64,000 nt of DNA, from IMG/VR virus record IMGVR_UViG_3300029374_000001, positions 32,001 to 96,000 of that record; one strand, 5' to 3'. The position numbers and the translations under genes were made by a program. Source of the DNA: a virus. Below the pieces are notes generated by a model. The model was not told where the DNA came from, made no database searches, and saw only the letters and a list, made by a program, of their open reading frames with translations. Position 1 is the first letter of the stretch. Every line of letters starts with the position of its first letter. This document shows positions 40,288 to 49,200 of this stretch, one piece after another.

Positions 40288-41445
40288 ATGGTGGAATACT
40301 TAAAAACTCTTTGGCTGGTAGATACTAAGCAAAATAAATTAATGGCCTATAAAACAGAAGATATGAGTTTGATTGACTCATATGATTTTCCTGTGTTACC
40401 AGATGTATTGGGTAAATGCCATATTACAGTAACGTCAGACGGTAAATCAGTATATATACTGTCTTGTAATCTGCATAAAATATTTAAGTTTGATATTGCA
40501 TCCGAGAAGTTTACCAAAACTATTAGAGTAGCTGATGGTGCTTCTTACATTTCAGAAGGATATCCGACTTGTGATTCTAATACTGGTGTATATAGCACAC
40601 CATTCTTTGTATCTAATACAGAAGAGAATAGAATATCTATTATTCATGATGATCAAATTCGATATGAAACTATAATATCTAATCAAATTGGTCCTGGAAA
40701 AAGTATTATAGACTCTGACGGAACTGGATATGTATGTGGTACATTACCGGATGGTCATGGTAATGAGATTGCTATACTTAACTCATTCTCTTGTAAATAT
40801 ACCAACTACAAAAATATCTATACAGACTCGGTAAAACCTGTAGATGTTATTGTAGATAATCATAGAAATCTCTATATTCTTAGAGAAGATGGATCTTTGT
40901 TTAAAGTTCATTATAGTACAGCATCGTTAGAGATTGCCTATTGTTCCAATCCAATTAAATTGGTAGAAAAAGCATTAACATTATCTAAAGAGATGGCTTT
41001 TGATAACCAAGACCATATCTGGATTATTGGTTCAGATGAAGAAGGAAATAACTTAGCTAAAGTAGATGTTAAATCTGGAGATCTTCAGAAGTTTAAATTG
41101 CCTATTGATACATTAAATGCAATTACTTGTGATGATTCTGGAAGAATCTTTGTATTAGCTGGGAATACTGTTTACTCTGTAACCAAAGATGGTACAGCAA
41201 CTCCTCATATCATTGGAGAAGAGTTAAACTGTTCTGGAGATATGACAGGATACCGTTTTGCTGTAGTAAATAAGAAGCAAGAAGATATAGATTCTAAATT
41301 AGACTCTATCATTCAGTTTGTAGATTCTTATGAAGCATTGACGGCTTTACCGTCTCCTTCTGAGAATAAATTATATATTACCAAGAAATGTGTATATCGT
41401 TATGTGGAGAACAAGTTTGTTCCCCTGATTACGAAAGAGGGGTGA
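40288..41445 (+). CDS. beta-propeller-like repeat protein (385 aa)
   Basis: RBS AAAGGAGG; recurring 'DSDGTGYV', 'DNHRNLYILREDGSLFKV', 'DDSGRIFVLAGNTVYSVTKDG' blade-like motifs. Confidence 0.45.
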   Translation: MVEYLKTLWLVDTKQNKLMAYKTEDMSLIDSYDFPVLPDVLGKCHITVTSDGKSVYILSCNLHKIFKFDIASEKFTKTIRVADGASYISEGYPTCDSNTGVYSTPFFVSNTEENRISIIHDDQIRYETIISNQIGPGKSIIDSDGTGYVCGTLPDGHGNEIAILNSFSCKYTNYKNIYTDSVKPVDVIVDNHRNLYILREDGSLFKVHYSTASLEIAYCSNPIKLVEKALTLSKEMAFDNQDHIWIIGSDEEGNNLAKVDVKSGDLQKFKLPIDTLNAITCDDSGRIFVLAGNTVYSVTKDGTATPHIIGEELNCSGDMTGYRFAVVNKKQEDIDSKLDSIIQFVDSYEALTALPSPSENKLYITKKCVYRYVENKFVPLITKEG

Positions 41446-41452
41446 TCATTAT

Positions 41453-41980
41453 ATGCCAAGTAGTACAACACCAGTCATTTCCATTTGTGATGAGCATGAT
41501 ATAGAAATTACAAGACCTTGGAAAGTTGGAACTCTGGATGTAAACAGCGGATCCAGTCTTCCTGAGTCAGAAACAAAAGTTCTTCATATCTGGAATAATA
41601 GAGGAAACTCTACTGGTACAGCAGCAGATCTGGTAAGTGCCTATATTACTACAAAAAATATATCTGGAGATAACTTGAACGAACAGGTTGTTCTGGATAA
41701 ATGGGTACAAGCCTCCTGTGAAGCTTTATCTCCTGATTTGAATGGAGATGGAATCAAAGATATGACTCCAATTGGCGGAGATGATAAGTTAATGATCTGC
41801 GCCAATGATGGAGCTGCTTCTACAAAAGCTGATTTCAAAATCAGTGGAGCAGAAAATGCTGGTTCTTATGATGCTAATCCCGAGAACGTAGCAAAGATTT
41901 GTTTAAAAGTTGTTCCTAAGATTAATGCATTGAAAGGTCTGCATCAATTTAAGGTACGTGTATCTGGATACTATACTTAA
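41453..41980 (+). CDS. hypothetical secreted/Ig-like protein (175 aa) with a single dockerin/EF-hand-like loop 'DLNGDGIKD'
   Basis: ORF; the calcium-loop motif appears once. Confidence 0.4.
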   Translation: MPSSTTPVISICDEHDIEITRPWKVGTLDVNSGSSLPESETKVLHIWNNRGNSTGTAADLVSAYITTKNISGDNLNEQVVLDKWVQASCEALSPDLNGDGIKDMTPIGGDDKLMICANDGAASTKADFKISGAENAGSYDANPENVAKICLKVVPKINALKGLHQFKVRVSGYYT

Positions 41981-41997
41981 TATAGAGGGTATAGTAT

Positions 41998-42717
41998 ATG
42001 GATCATAACTTAGACTTGGTGCAAGACATACCATACTATACCAATATTTCGAATAAGCCATTCTTATGGTTTATTCGATACAAGAATGGAATAATTGTAA
42101 GAGAAGTAGATCGTTATACTTATACATCTTTTACATCAGTTCCTAAACAAGATATTCAATATTTTGGACTATATGGGTGTGGCCTGCATCTATATAGTTC
42201 TTTTAGTGATGGGTCTATGTATTTTTATGGATCGGGGTTTGATAAAGAATTCCGGTATTGCAATCAATCCAATATCTCTCAATCTTTATTTCAATCTTCT
42301 CATAATAATCAGTATATACAATTCTCTCCATTTCATCTTAAGGGTTTTGCCTATGATTTAGCTGTAGGAGAAAATATATACAATGATCAAATGATGAAGA
42401 ATACAACTACACAATATTATGCTGGATATAACTGTTATCTTCTGATAGATCAAAAATATCCAGTCAAATTTCAACGATACTTTTCTATCAATATATTCAA
42501 ATATCCAAGATCAATTGGACTGCTATCTAAGATACAACCAATTGATGGAGTGGAATATCCAGACATAGATTTCTTCTTTCTATTCTCAGAAACGATAGAA
42601 AAGAATTATAACTATCAATCGAATTGCAATGCAGTACATCCAGATTATAGATTCCCTCAGATTAATCTTAAAAGTATGAATAAAACTTTTACACATAAAT
42701 GTGTACTTAGATTTTAA
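41998..42717 (+). CDS. hypothetical protein (239 aa)
   Basis: ORF. Confidence 0.4.
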   Translation: MDHNLDLVQDIPYYTNISNKPFLWFIRYKNGIIVREVDRYTYTSFTSVPKQDIQYFGLYGCGLHLYSSFSDGSMYFYGSGFDKEFRYCNQSNISQSLFQSSHNNQYIQFSPFHLKGFAYDLAVGENIYNDQMMKNTTTQYYAGYNCYLLIDQKYPVKFQRYFSINIFKYPRSIGLLSKIQPIDGVEYPDIDFFFLFSETIEKNYNYQSNCNAVHPDYRFPQINLKSMNKTFTHKCVLRF

Positions 42718-42735
42718 ACTACTTAGAAGAAGGGT

Positions 42736-43035
42736 ATGATAATTATGGAACTTTCAATTCACACAATGGAATCTAAGATATCGATTACATTGTTCACATG
42801 TATGCTGATCTTAGCCGGCTTACTGGGAATCTACTATAACTTTACATACAAACACACAATAACTGCTCTTGATAATGAGATAAACAACTCCAGAACAAGT
42901 ATTACCAGATACTTAAAGGAGAGCATCAACAATCAGAATGCTTTGGTTACTAGCTTCTATGACAAAAAAGAATTTCAAGAGAAAGCAAATACAGTCATAT
43001 ACTCTATGGTCACTCCAACAGGGTTTACCAATTAA
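42736..43035 (+). CDS. small membrane-anchored protein (99 aa)
   Basis: N-terminal TM 'ISITLFTCMLILAGLLGIYY'. Confidence 0.4.
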   Translation: MIIMELSIHTMESKISITLFTCMLILAGLLGIYYNFTYKHTITALDNEINNSRTSITRYLKESINNQNALVTSFYDKKEFQEKANTVIYSMVTPTGFTN

Positions 43036-43047
43036 CACAAATAATAT

Positions 43048-43071
43048 CCACTGGGTCATATGACCCAGTGG
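43048..43071. terminator. bidirectional hairpin CCACTGGGTCATATGACCCAGTGG between convergent transcription units
   Basis: perfect 24-bp palindrome between the + island and - gene 43084..44421. Confidence 0.55.
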
Positions 43072-43083
43072 AATTCATAATGC

Positions 43084-44421
43084 TTATACCATATTATTAT
43101 TGTCTTCTACTCTCTTAGAATATCCTTTTTGTGTATTGATTGCATAGTTATTGATAAACTCTAAGTCTACATAGAAAACCAATTGAGATGACTGTTCTTT
43201 TAATACTTCTAACGTTTTGATTGTATACGTATTCCAATCAATCTCTATAGGAACCTCTTTAGAACCATTGAATAGTTTAATATCCATAAACGATGCTGGA
43301 GATATAAAGATCGACTTAGTATACTCTGCAATCTTAAATAACGAGTTCTTTATAGCTGTAGTTTCTATAACTTCTCTAAACATAATTTCTGATAATTCAT
43401 GTCTATTGTATTCATCATTATCTTCAGTATATGTAGTTTCCATATACCGATTCCATCCAGAAGCATTCTTCATAGGAATGGGTCCTGTATATAGGTTATA
43501 AATTGTACATTGAAGAGTATTATCAATTAATCCAAAATCATGTTTATCTTTCGCATAGTAGGCATAGAACTTAGGAGCAGAAAAAAGAAGTTCTACTTGC
43601 GTAGATACAACAAAGTTATTATCTGTTTGTCCTTCTCGTTCTCCATCATCCAAATCAACCTCTGCACAACGGAAGTGAGTATATACATTTGTCATCTTTA
43701 AGAAATACTCGTATTCTCCCTTAGTTCCTCTGAATTTACATACAATAGGAAGTCTGGAGTGTTTATTCATGAATGCTAAGAATGCACAATTATCTGCTAC
43801 ATTTGTTCCAATGATTTCAAATCCAGCATCTCTGGCTATTTGCAGCATAAGTGCTCTTGGAATCTGAAAATCTATATCAGCAAATCTAGTTTCTGTGGCT
43901 TGTGAACGAAAAGCCATCTGCATGAACTTATAGAGATCTACTCCTGTATTATAAGATGATACTTTAATACGTACAGCAAACTCTACTCGAATCTGTTCTA
44001 ATTCTACGCTAAGCATATTCTTATTAATCGGATTTACAAAGAAACAGTCTTTAAATCTGGTTCTGTTATTGTAGATATTCCGACCATATAAATATAGATC
44101 TGTGTTCTCTCTATTAAAGCTATAGTCTAACTGCGGTTTAATGGCCAATGCTGGTTTATTCTTTCTTAAGTTATCAATCATATCTTTGCTTAAGAAATCT
44201 CTCAATATATTTCTGCCAGCAATATACTCAGACTTAAAAAAGTCTGGTTGGAATTTATTCTTAACCCATTTTCTAAAGTATTCGGTGCATACGGAATAAG
44301 AAGAAGATACGGAAGGAATACACAATGATACAGCATACTCTTTCTTAAATTCTCTTATTTCAGTTAAAGGAGATTGATATAATCCTACTAAGAACTTAGG
44401 ATTGTCTTTATTATATCCCAA
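43084..44421 (-). CDS. hypothetical protein (445 aa), probably starting at TTG 44421 with RBS AAAGGAG
   Basis: ORF; the TTG start has an SD 9 nt upstream. Confidence 0.45.
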   Translation of the reverse strand: MGYNKDNPKFLVGLYQSPLTEIREFKKEYAVSLCIPSVSSSYSVCTEYFRKWVKNKFQPDFFKSEYIAGRNILRDFLSKDMIDNLRKNKPALAIKPQLDYSFNRENTDLYLYGRNIYNNRTRFKDCFFVNPINKNMLSVELEQIRVEFAVRIKVSSYNTGVDLYKFMQMAFRSQATETRFADIDFQIPRALMLQIARDAGFEIIGTNVADNCAFLAFMNKHSRLPIVCKFRGTKGEYEYFLKMTNVYTHFRCAEVDLDDGEREGQTDNNFVVSTQVELLFSAPKFYAYYAKDKHDFGLIDNTLQCTIYNLYTGPIPMKNASGWNRYMETTYTEDNDEYNRHELSEIMFREVIETTAIKNSLFKIAEYTKSIFISPASFMDIKLFNGSKEVPIEIDWNTYTIKTLEVLKEQSSQLVFYVDLEFINNYAINTQKGYSKRVEDNNNMV

Positions 44422-44489
44422 TTTATATGAGCTCCTTTCTATATTATAGAATTTAATAGTATGTCAAAGTTGTCAAAGACACAAAAAAT

Positions 44490-44512
44490 AAAGAGGTCAT
44501 TAAGACCTCTTT
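44490..44512 (-). terminator. terminator AAAGAGGTCATTAAGACCTCTTT with minus-strand T-run
   Basis: palindrome with an A-run on the plus strand upstream, downstream of 44527..45129. Confidence 0.5.
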
Positions 44513-44526
44513 ATTTATAAGAAGAT

Positions 44527-45129
44527 TTATTTCTTCTTACCAGTTGTACCACCAGCATCTTCCAATGCATAGGGAGTCAGCAGCGCAACAAATAGATCGT
44601 TGTTATTGACCCCAATAGCAGCTTCGCCATCGGCTTCGATATGATCAATATTGATACGGAATTTACCAGCTTCCGGAATATCTCTGTAGGTAAAGACTGC
44701 TTCGACATATGGTTTGTCTGAATTATACTTAGACTTCATAATACCAGAGAAATATACTTTCTTGATATTATCCTTCTTAGTAGATTCGACTTTCCATTTA
44801 ATCTTATCAAAAGATCCATCGATCGCTTCACCCCAAGTTACTTTCGGGTTAGAACTTACTTTCAGACTGCGGATGTTTTCTACTTCCGCAGGATCTCCAA
44901 AGATCGCTGCCAATGCAATAAAGATAAATACAATCCCAGTAAAGATCTTAGTATACTTACTGCCTACAATTCTTCTGATCAGACTGGGGTTCTGTATTGC
45001 TTCTTCAGAAGCGGGCTGAGCTTCTGTATTCTGTACCGGAGGCGTTGCTTCTGCCGGCTTATTTGGATTTTCTTCTTTTGCTGCTTCAATAGCTGCCTTT
45101 GCAGCATCTTTCATTTTTTCTATATTCAT
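44527..45129 (-). CDS. membrane-anchored protein (200 aa): acidic/Pro N-terminus, one TM, C-terminal domain
   Basis: TM 'IFTGIVFIFIALAAIF'. Confidence 0.45.
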   Translation of the reverse strand: MNIEKMKDAAKAAIEAAKEENPNKPAEATPPVQNTEAQPASEEAIQNPSLIRRIVGSKYTKIFTGIVFIFIALAAIFGDPAEVENIRSLKVSSNPKVTWGEAIDGSFDKIKWKVESTKKDNIKKVYFSGIMKSKYNSDKPYVEAVFTYRDIPEAGKFRINIDHIEADGEAAIGVNNNDLFVALLTPYALEDAGGTTGKKK

Positions 45130-45156
45130 TTTATGTACTCCTTTTGAAATTAATAC

Positions 45157-45279
45157 TTATTTTAACTTAAATAATTTGGAAATAGTATCTCGGAAATTTG
45201 ATTGAATATATTTTCCAAGATAGCCAAGAGTAAAGATAGTGAGCAATGCTACGAATAATGCACTAAGTTGCTTTTTCAT
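45157..45279 (-). CDS. 40-aa TM mini-protein 'MKKQLSALFVALLTIFTLGYLGKYIQ...'; truncated relative of the signal-anchor paralog family
   Basis: RBS AAAGGAG seven nt upstream; not in the ORF track (below the length cutoff). Confidence 0.4.
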   Translation of the reverse strand: MKKQLSALFVALLTIFTLGYLGKYIQSNFRDTISKLFKLK

Positions 45280-45294
45280 ATTCAACAACTCCTT

Positions 45295-45813
45295 TTAGTA
45301 GTTATCGCTACGATCCAATGCATAAGATGCTTTTTTCTGCATGTCTAGCCAATATTTCTCGGCATCCATCGTTCCCATTGTTTTATTCTGAGAAGGAATT
45401 TCGATGTATTTAATTGGATAATACATAGGATTATCTTTCTTAAATACATACCGCATCATTGGCTGTTTTTCTGCAGCCAGCTGGAAAACGCCTTCAACTA
45501 CAATATCACCATTTTCTTTGGCGTAGTATTCCAAAGTCTGTCCGAACAACTTTTGCAAAATCTGCATAGTTGTATATGGACGGCTGTTTTTAAATGCTAC
45601 GCCAAGGCTCATAAATGCATCCAAATCTGGGCTCTGTTTAATCTTTTTCTCTACAGCCGGTTCATCTTTTTTACTAACAGTTTCTTCTACCTGAGCCTTG
45701 GGTTTATGAATATCAATACCAATCTTATTGGCAATTTTGTCTCCATAAAGATATCCTGCTCCTACAATAGCTATTGCTATCATTGCGCCACTAATCATTG
45801 TTTCCTTTTTCAT
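45295..45813 (-). CDS. signal-anchored paralog family member (172 aa)
   Basis: N-terminal 'AIAIVGAGYLYGDKIANKIGIDIHKP', C-terminal 'NGDIVVEG....YVF'. Confidence 0.5.
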   Translation of the reverse strand: MKKETMISGAMIAIAIVGAGYLYGDKIANKIGIDIHKPKAQVEETVSKKDEPAVEKKIKQSPDLDAFMSLGVAFKNSRPYTTMQILQKLFGQTLEYYAKENGDIVVEGVFQLAAEKQPMMRYVFKKDNPMYYPIKYIEIPSQNKTMGTMDAEKYWLDMQKKASYALDRSDNY

Positions 45814-45837
45814 AATAATATCTCTCCTTTTTAATAA

Positions 45838-46473
45838 TCAATTACCACTTAATGCCTGGGCTCCGCCTTCTAATACAGTTGTCCACAATATCTGTGATTC
45901 AGACCGAGAAGCGCGCCGATTGCTTGTAATAGATTCTACATATTTAACAGAGAAAGCACCATTACCATCGACTTGGAATACAAAGTATACTCTATCTTTA
46001 TCTCCTGCTAATACAGCGATACCTTCCAATACAATATCACCATTAGGAATTCCATAGCAGAACCAAGTTCTTCCAAATACTTTATTCACAATATCAATGA
46101 CCTTATAACTACGTCCTCCATTGGAATAAATTGTGTTAAGAAAAACATTTCTGTTTGGATCCATTGTGTTTTTCTCGTTATCGCTAAGATCGCGAATCAA
46201 TCGTCCTTCCATAGAATAGTTATTTGCAGGTCTACTGTTTCCCCCAGTAGTTAGACTGGGACCAGCATTTACATTAGATTGTACTGGTTCGTTCTTAACT
46301 TCTGTTATCTTAGACGCAGTCTTGTCTTCTTTTTTATCGACAGATTCTTCTACTTGTACATCTGGTTTATGACCAATTCCTAATGTATTGGCGATTTTAT
46401 CGCTGTATACATATCCTGCTGCTAAGATAGCAGCAGCTAATAAACCACCATTAATCAACAATTTCTTATCCAT
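45838..46473 (-). CDS. signal-anchored paralog family member (211 aa)
   Basis: 'AAILAAGYVYSDKIANTLGIGHKP' ... 'NGDIVLEG....YFVF'. Confidence 0.5.
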   Translation of the reverse strand: MDKKLLINGGLLAAAILAAGYVYSDKIANTLGIGHKPDVQVEESVDKKEDKTASKITEVKNEPVQSNVNAGPSLTTGGNSRPANNYSMEGRLIRDLSDNEKNTMDPNRNVFLNTIYSNGGRSYKVIDIVNKVFGRTWFCYGIPNGDIVLEGIAVLAGDKDRVYFVFQVDGNGAFSVKYVESITSNRRASRSESQILWTTVLEGGAQALSGN

Positions 46474-46492
46474 AACTCTTCTCCTTTTGAAA

Positions 46493-47095
46493 TTAATACT
46501 TATTCAAATCAAGTTCTTTATCCCATGCTTCATAGGATGTTTTGACAATATAATCCCAGCTTCTCTGGGCTGCTTCCGCTTCTACAACAATACCTTTGGA
46601 AGGAACTTCTTTACGTTTTACTTTAAAGTTATCCTCTCCTACTTTTTCGAATACATAGTAAACGGTTGGTTTGTTGTTATCCATACTTAATGGATCTGGC
46701 CCTTCTATAACATATTCTCCATTAGGAGTTAAATAGAAAGTCCCAGGCTTCTTGCCAAAAGCCTTATCTGCTAATGCACAATAGTCTAACGCCATCTTAT
46801 TCTTACTGGGAGAATAACGAACGCATCTAAGTTCATTGATTTTTCTACTATATGCATCTCTTTTCATATTGGGGATGTCTTTAATCCACTTATAATCTGA
46901 ACCAACTTTTCCGCCTTCTTCTTTCTTTTCCTCTTTCTTAGGCTCATCCTTTTTAGCAGTTTCTACTACTTTTGTTGTCTCAGATTTATGGAGATCAATA
47001 CCAACTTTACTAGCTATCTTATCCCCATAAAGATATCCAGCAGCAACGATAGCGATAACTATCATTAGAATGCTAACAATATTTCCTCTTTTCAT
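46493..47095 (-). CDS. signal-anchored paralog family member (200 aa)
   Basis: 'AIVAAGYLYGDKIASKVGIDLHK' ... 'NGEYVIEG....YYVF'. Confidence 0.5.
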   Translation of the reverse strand: MKRGNIVSILMIVIAIVAAGYLYGDKIASKVGIDLHKSETTKVVETAKKDEPKKEEKKEEGGKVGSDYKWIKDIPNMKRDAYSRKINELRCVRYSPSKNKMALDYCALADKAFGKKPGTFYLTPNGEYVIEGPDPLSMDNNKPTVYYVFEKVGEDNFKVKRKEVPSKGIVVEAEAAQRSWDYIVKTSYEAWDKELDLNKY

Positions 47096-47113
47096 CTTTT
47101 GACTTCTCCTCCC

Positions 47114-47230
47114 TTAGTCATCAAATTTATGATTCCAACCAATAAATTTTGTTATCTTATCTTGATAAAGATAAGCACAACAACAAATAAAACCTATAAT
47201 ACAAATAAATAAACCAGCATCTACTTTCAT
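47114..47230 (-). CDS. 38-aa TM mini-protein 'MKVDAGLFICIIGFICCCAYLYQDKITKFIGW...' with the family's anchor motif
   Basis: RBS AAAGGAGG; 'AYLYQDKITKFIG' resembles 'AGYLYGDKIANKIG'. Confidence 0.4.
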   Translation of the reverse strand: MKVDAGLFICIIGFICCCAYLYQDKITKFIGWNHKFDD

Positions 47231-47305
47231 AATTAATAGCCTCCTTTTGACTATACTATAATCTCTAGTATCATAGAAAATTTGATACTATTATATCTCT
47301 TCATC

Positions 47306-47355
47306 TCTATATTATATAATTTATAAAAGATTAGATTACAAAAAAGAAAATAACG
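47306..47355 (-). promoter_or_regulatory. sigma-A-like promoter (minus strand): A/T UP tract, TTGTAA, 17-nt spacer, TATATAAT
   Basis: reverse complement of the plus-strand motif TATATTATATAAT...TTAGATTACAAAAAAGAAAATAA. Confidence 0.5.
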
Positions 47356-47585
47356 TATATATAAGAGAGATAAACTATGACCAAATACACGAGCTCATGA
47401 ATAAAGTCCTCCCAGCTTATATTTAACCAAATATTAAATAAAGCTTTACGATTAATAATATAATACTCTCGTACCGTTTAAGTACTATACATATTAATCT
47501 TAGATACTTATAATTCATAACACCCCTTTCAGATACTACAATATGCGGGCATATCGATAATATCTAAAATATAGTTTATCTCTCA

Positions 47586-47640
47586 TCCTTATAATATATA
47601 CTTTAAAAGAACTTAGATTACAAAAATAAAAATAAGAAAG
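47586..47640 (-). promoter_or_regulatory. sigma-A-like promoter (minus strand), repeat copy 2: UP tract, TTGTAA, N17, TATATA
   Basis: same element as 47306..47355. Confidence 0.5.
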
Positions 47641-47865
47641 GTGTATATGACTTTAGAAAATAGTATTCCTCTACTTAAAATTTGTTTCTCTTTTTAGCCT
47701 AAAATAAGATACAGTTTGATAATGAGTAGTATAATACTTTCATATCGTTTAAGCACTATACATACTATATTTAAGTATTTGGAGTTCATATTATTCCTTT
47801 CAGATACTATGCGTCCATAAAAGTTTTATCATAATATCGAAAAGTCATATATACCTTTCTTATTT

Positions 47866-47912
47866 CTATAATATATGCTTTCAAAGAACTTAGATTACAA
47901 AATAATATATGA
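47866..47912 (-). promoter_or_regulatory. sigma-A-like promoter (minus strand), repeat copy 3; adjacent hairpin GAGAAGCTCATATGAGCTTCTC (47911-47932)
   Basis: same element. Confidence 0.45.
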
Positions 47913-47938
47913 GAAGCTCATATGAGCTTCTCATATTC

Positions 47939-48595
47939 TTATGACTTTTTATGTTTTACTATTCTTATACTGATACGATTAGCTATCATGGATTGGCATT
48001 CTTTATTGGGATCTATATCCGTTGGCTCTATAGGAATCTTCCATCCAATATAATTATTCCATCTAAGCCTACCGTGGAAAAAAGTTAAATCAGCATAAAT
48101 CTTAAATGGTCTAAATAAAATACATTTAACTGATTTGTCTATATAGATATCTTTAGCTCTGCCATATTGATCTTCTTTATGATAAATATTCTTCATATCG
48201 ACCGGTTTTGCTTTGACTCCAAATACAAACTGAGCCCATCCATATGCACAATTTCTGGTTAACCATGCTACACGATTCAGATAACGTAAAAATCTTTCTT
48301 TTATAGTGAATGTGGCTCCTGGCTTGAGTGTAACGTATTTAACCCATTTACATATCTTAGGATCTAATCTTCTATGTACAGTATACTTCTCATAATAGTT
48401 ATATCTCATCCATTTAGGAGAATAATCTGTACACCAGTCTTCTGCATCACATGTATCATCCCAAGTTTGCCACAAATGTAAGAATCCTTTTAATTCTCCA
48501 CATTCATCACAAAATAGAGCGACAATCGGATTTGTTATATAACAAATCATCATAATAATCAACATACATGGTAAATACACAATATATCTAAGCAT
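47939..48595 (-). CDS. hypothetical Cys/Trp-rich protein with hydrophobic N-terminus (218 aa)
   Basis: ORF preceded by a ~300-nt structured leader and promoter copy 4. Confidence 0.45.
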   Translation of the reverse strand: MLRYIVYLPCMLIIMMICYITNPIVALFCDECGELKGFLHLWQTWDDTCDAEDWCTDYSPKWMRYNYYEKYTVHRRLDPKICKWVKYVTLKPGATFTIKERFLRYLNRVAWLTRNCAYGWAQFVFGVKAKPVDMKNIYHKEDQYGRAKDIYIDKSVKCILFRPFKIYADLTFFHGRLRWNNYIGWKIPIEPTDIDPNKECQSMIANRISIRIVKHKKS

Positions 48596-48904
48596 TCTCT
48601 ATAACACCTCCATAAAAAATAATTGGTATTATAAGAATGTCACAAAAAAATAATCCAGGTGACCTGACAGTCACCTGATATATTTCTGATTACTCTATGT
48701 GTCTTCAGAATCTCCTGGATTATTTTCTTAAAATTATATCGTTTGTTACTCTTCTATGAGCTATGTTACAATCATTCAACGATATCGGATAAATCTGTTC
48801 CTGTATCCCACATTTCCAGATCCACCTCCTTATTGTCTATACTCTATATAGACTTATAATAAGTATATAAAATATTACCTCTGAATATCTTATATACTCA
48901 GAGA

Positions 48905-48952
48905 TATATTATATTATTTCAGAAAAATTAGATTACAAAATAAAAAATAAAG
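48905..48952 (-). promoter_or_regulatory. fourth copy of the UP-TTGTAA-N17-TATAAT promoter element, serving 47939..48595
   Basis: plus-strand 'ATATATTATATTATTTCAGAAAAATTAGATTACAAAATAAAAAATAA'. Confidence 0.45.
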
Positions 48953-48990
48953 AGAGTCAAAAGGAGTACAACTAAAAGCTCTCTTTATTT
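48953..48990 (-). terminator. terminator of the beta-prime N gene: AAAGAGAG...CTCTCTTT stem plus T-run (minus strand)
   Basis: 8-bp arms AAAGAGAG/CTCTCTTT with ATTTTTT on the minus strand. Confidence 0.4.
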
Positions 48991-49200
48991 TTTCTGCCCT
49001 ATACTTATTAGGCAGCTTGGTGTGTGGAGACGAAGAGGGTATAATATGTACTACGTAGTTAAAATCAGTTTCCTTTTTGAGTTTGTTATAGAAGCCTCTG
49101 AATAGGCTTTAGTTCTCTCCCCCTCGGAAGCAGCTTTTATAACCGTAGTACATACTATTCTTTCTCATCTCGCTGATATAATATATAACTCAAAGAATAT

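Larger units (their letters stand above)
47290..47938. repeat. non-coding tandem direct repeat, ~280-bp unit x about 2.3
   Basis: units begin near 47292, 47580 and 47858; shared blocks 'TATAATATATnCTTTnAAAGAACTTAGATTACAAAA' and 'CGTTTAAG(T/C)ACTATACATA...CCTTTCAGATACTA'. Confidence 0.7.

Noticed and set aside
47231-47938. CRISPR array
   Set aside because: The repeat unit is ~280 bp with no short spacer/repeat alternation; it contains promoter-like elements instead.
49090-49135. tRNA in the stem-closed ~110-nt element after the RNAP gene
   Set aside because: No T-loop (GTTCRANYC), no D-loop consensus, and it is too long; kept only as an unexplained structured element.
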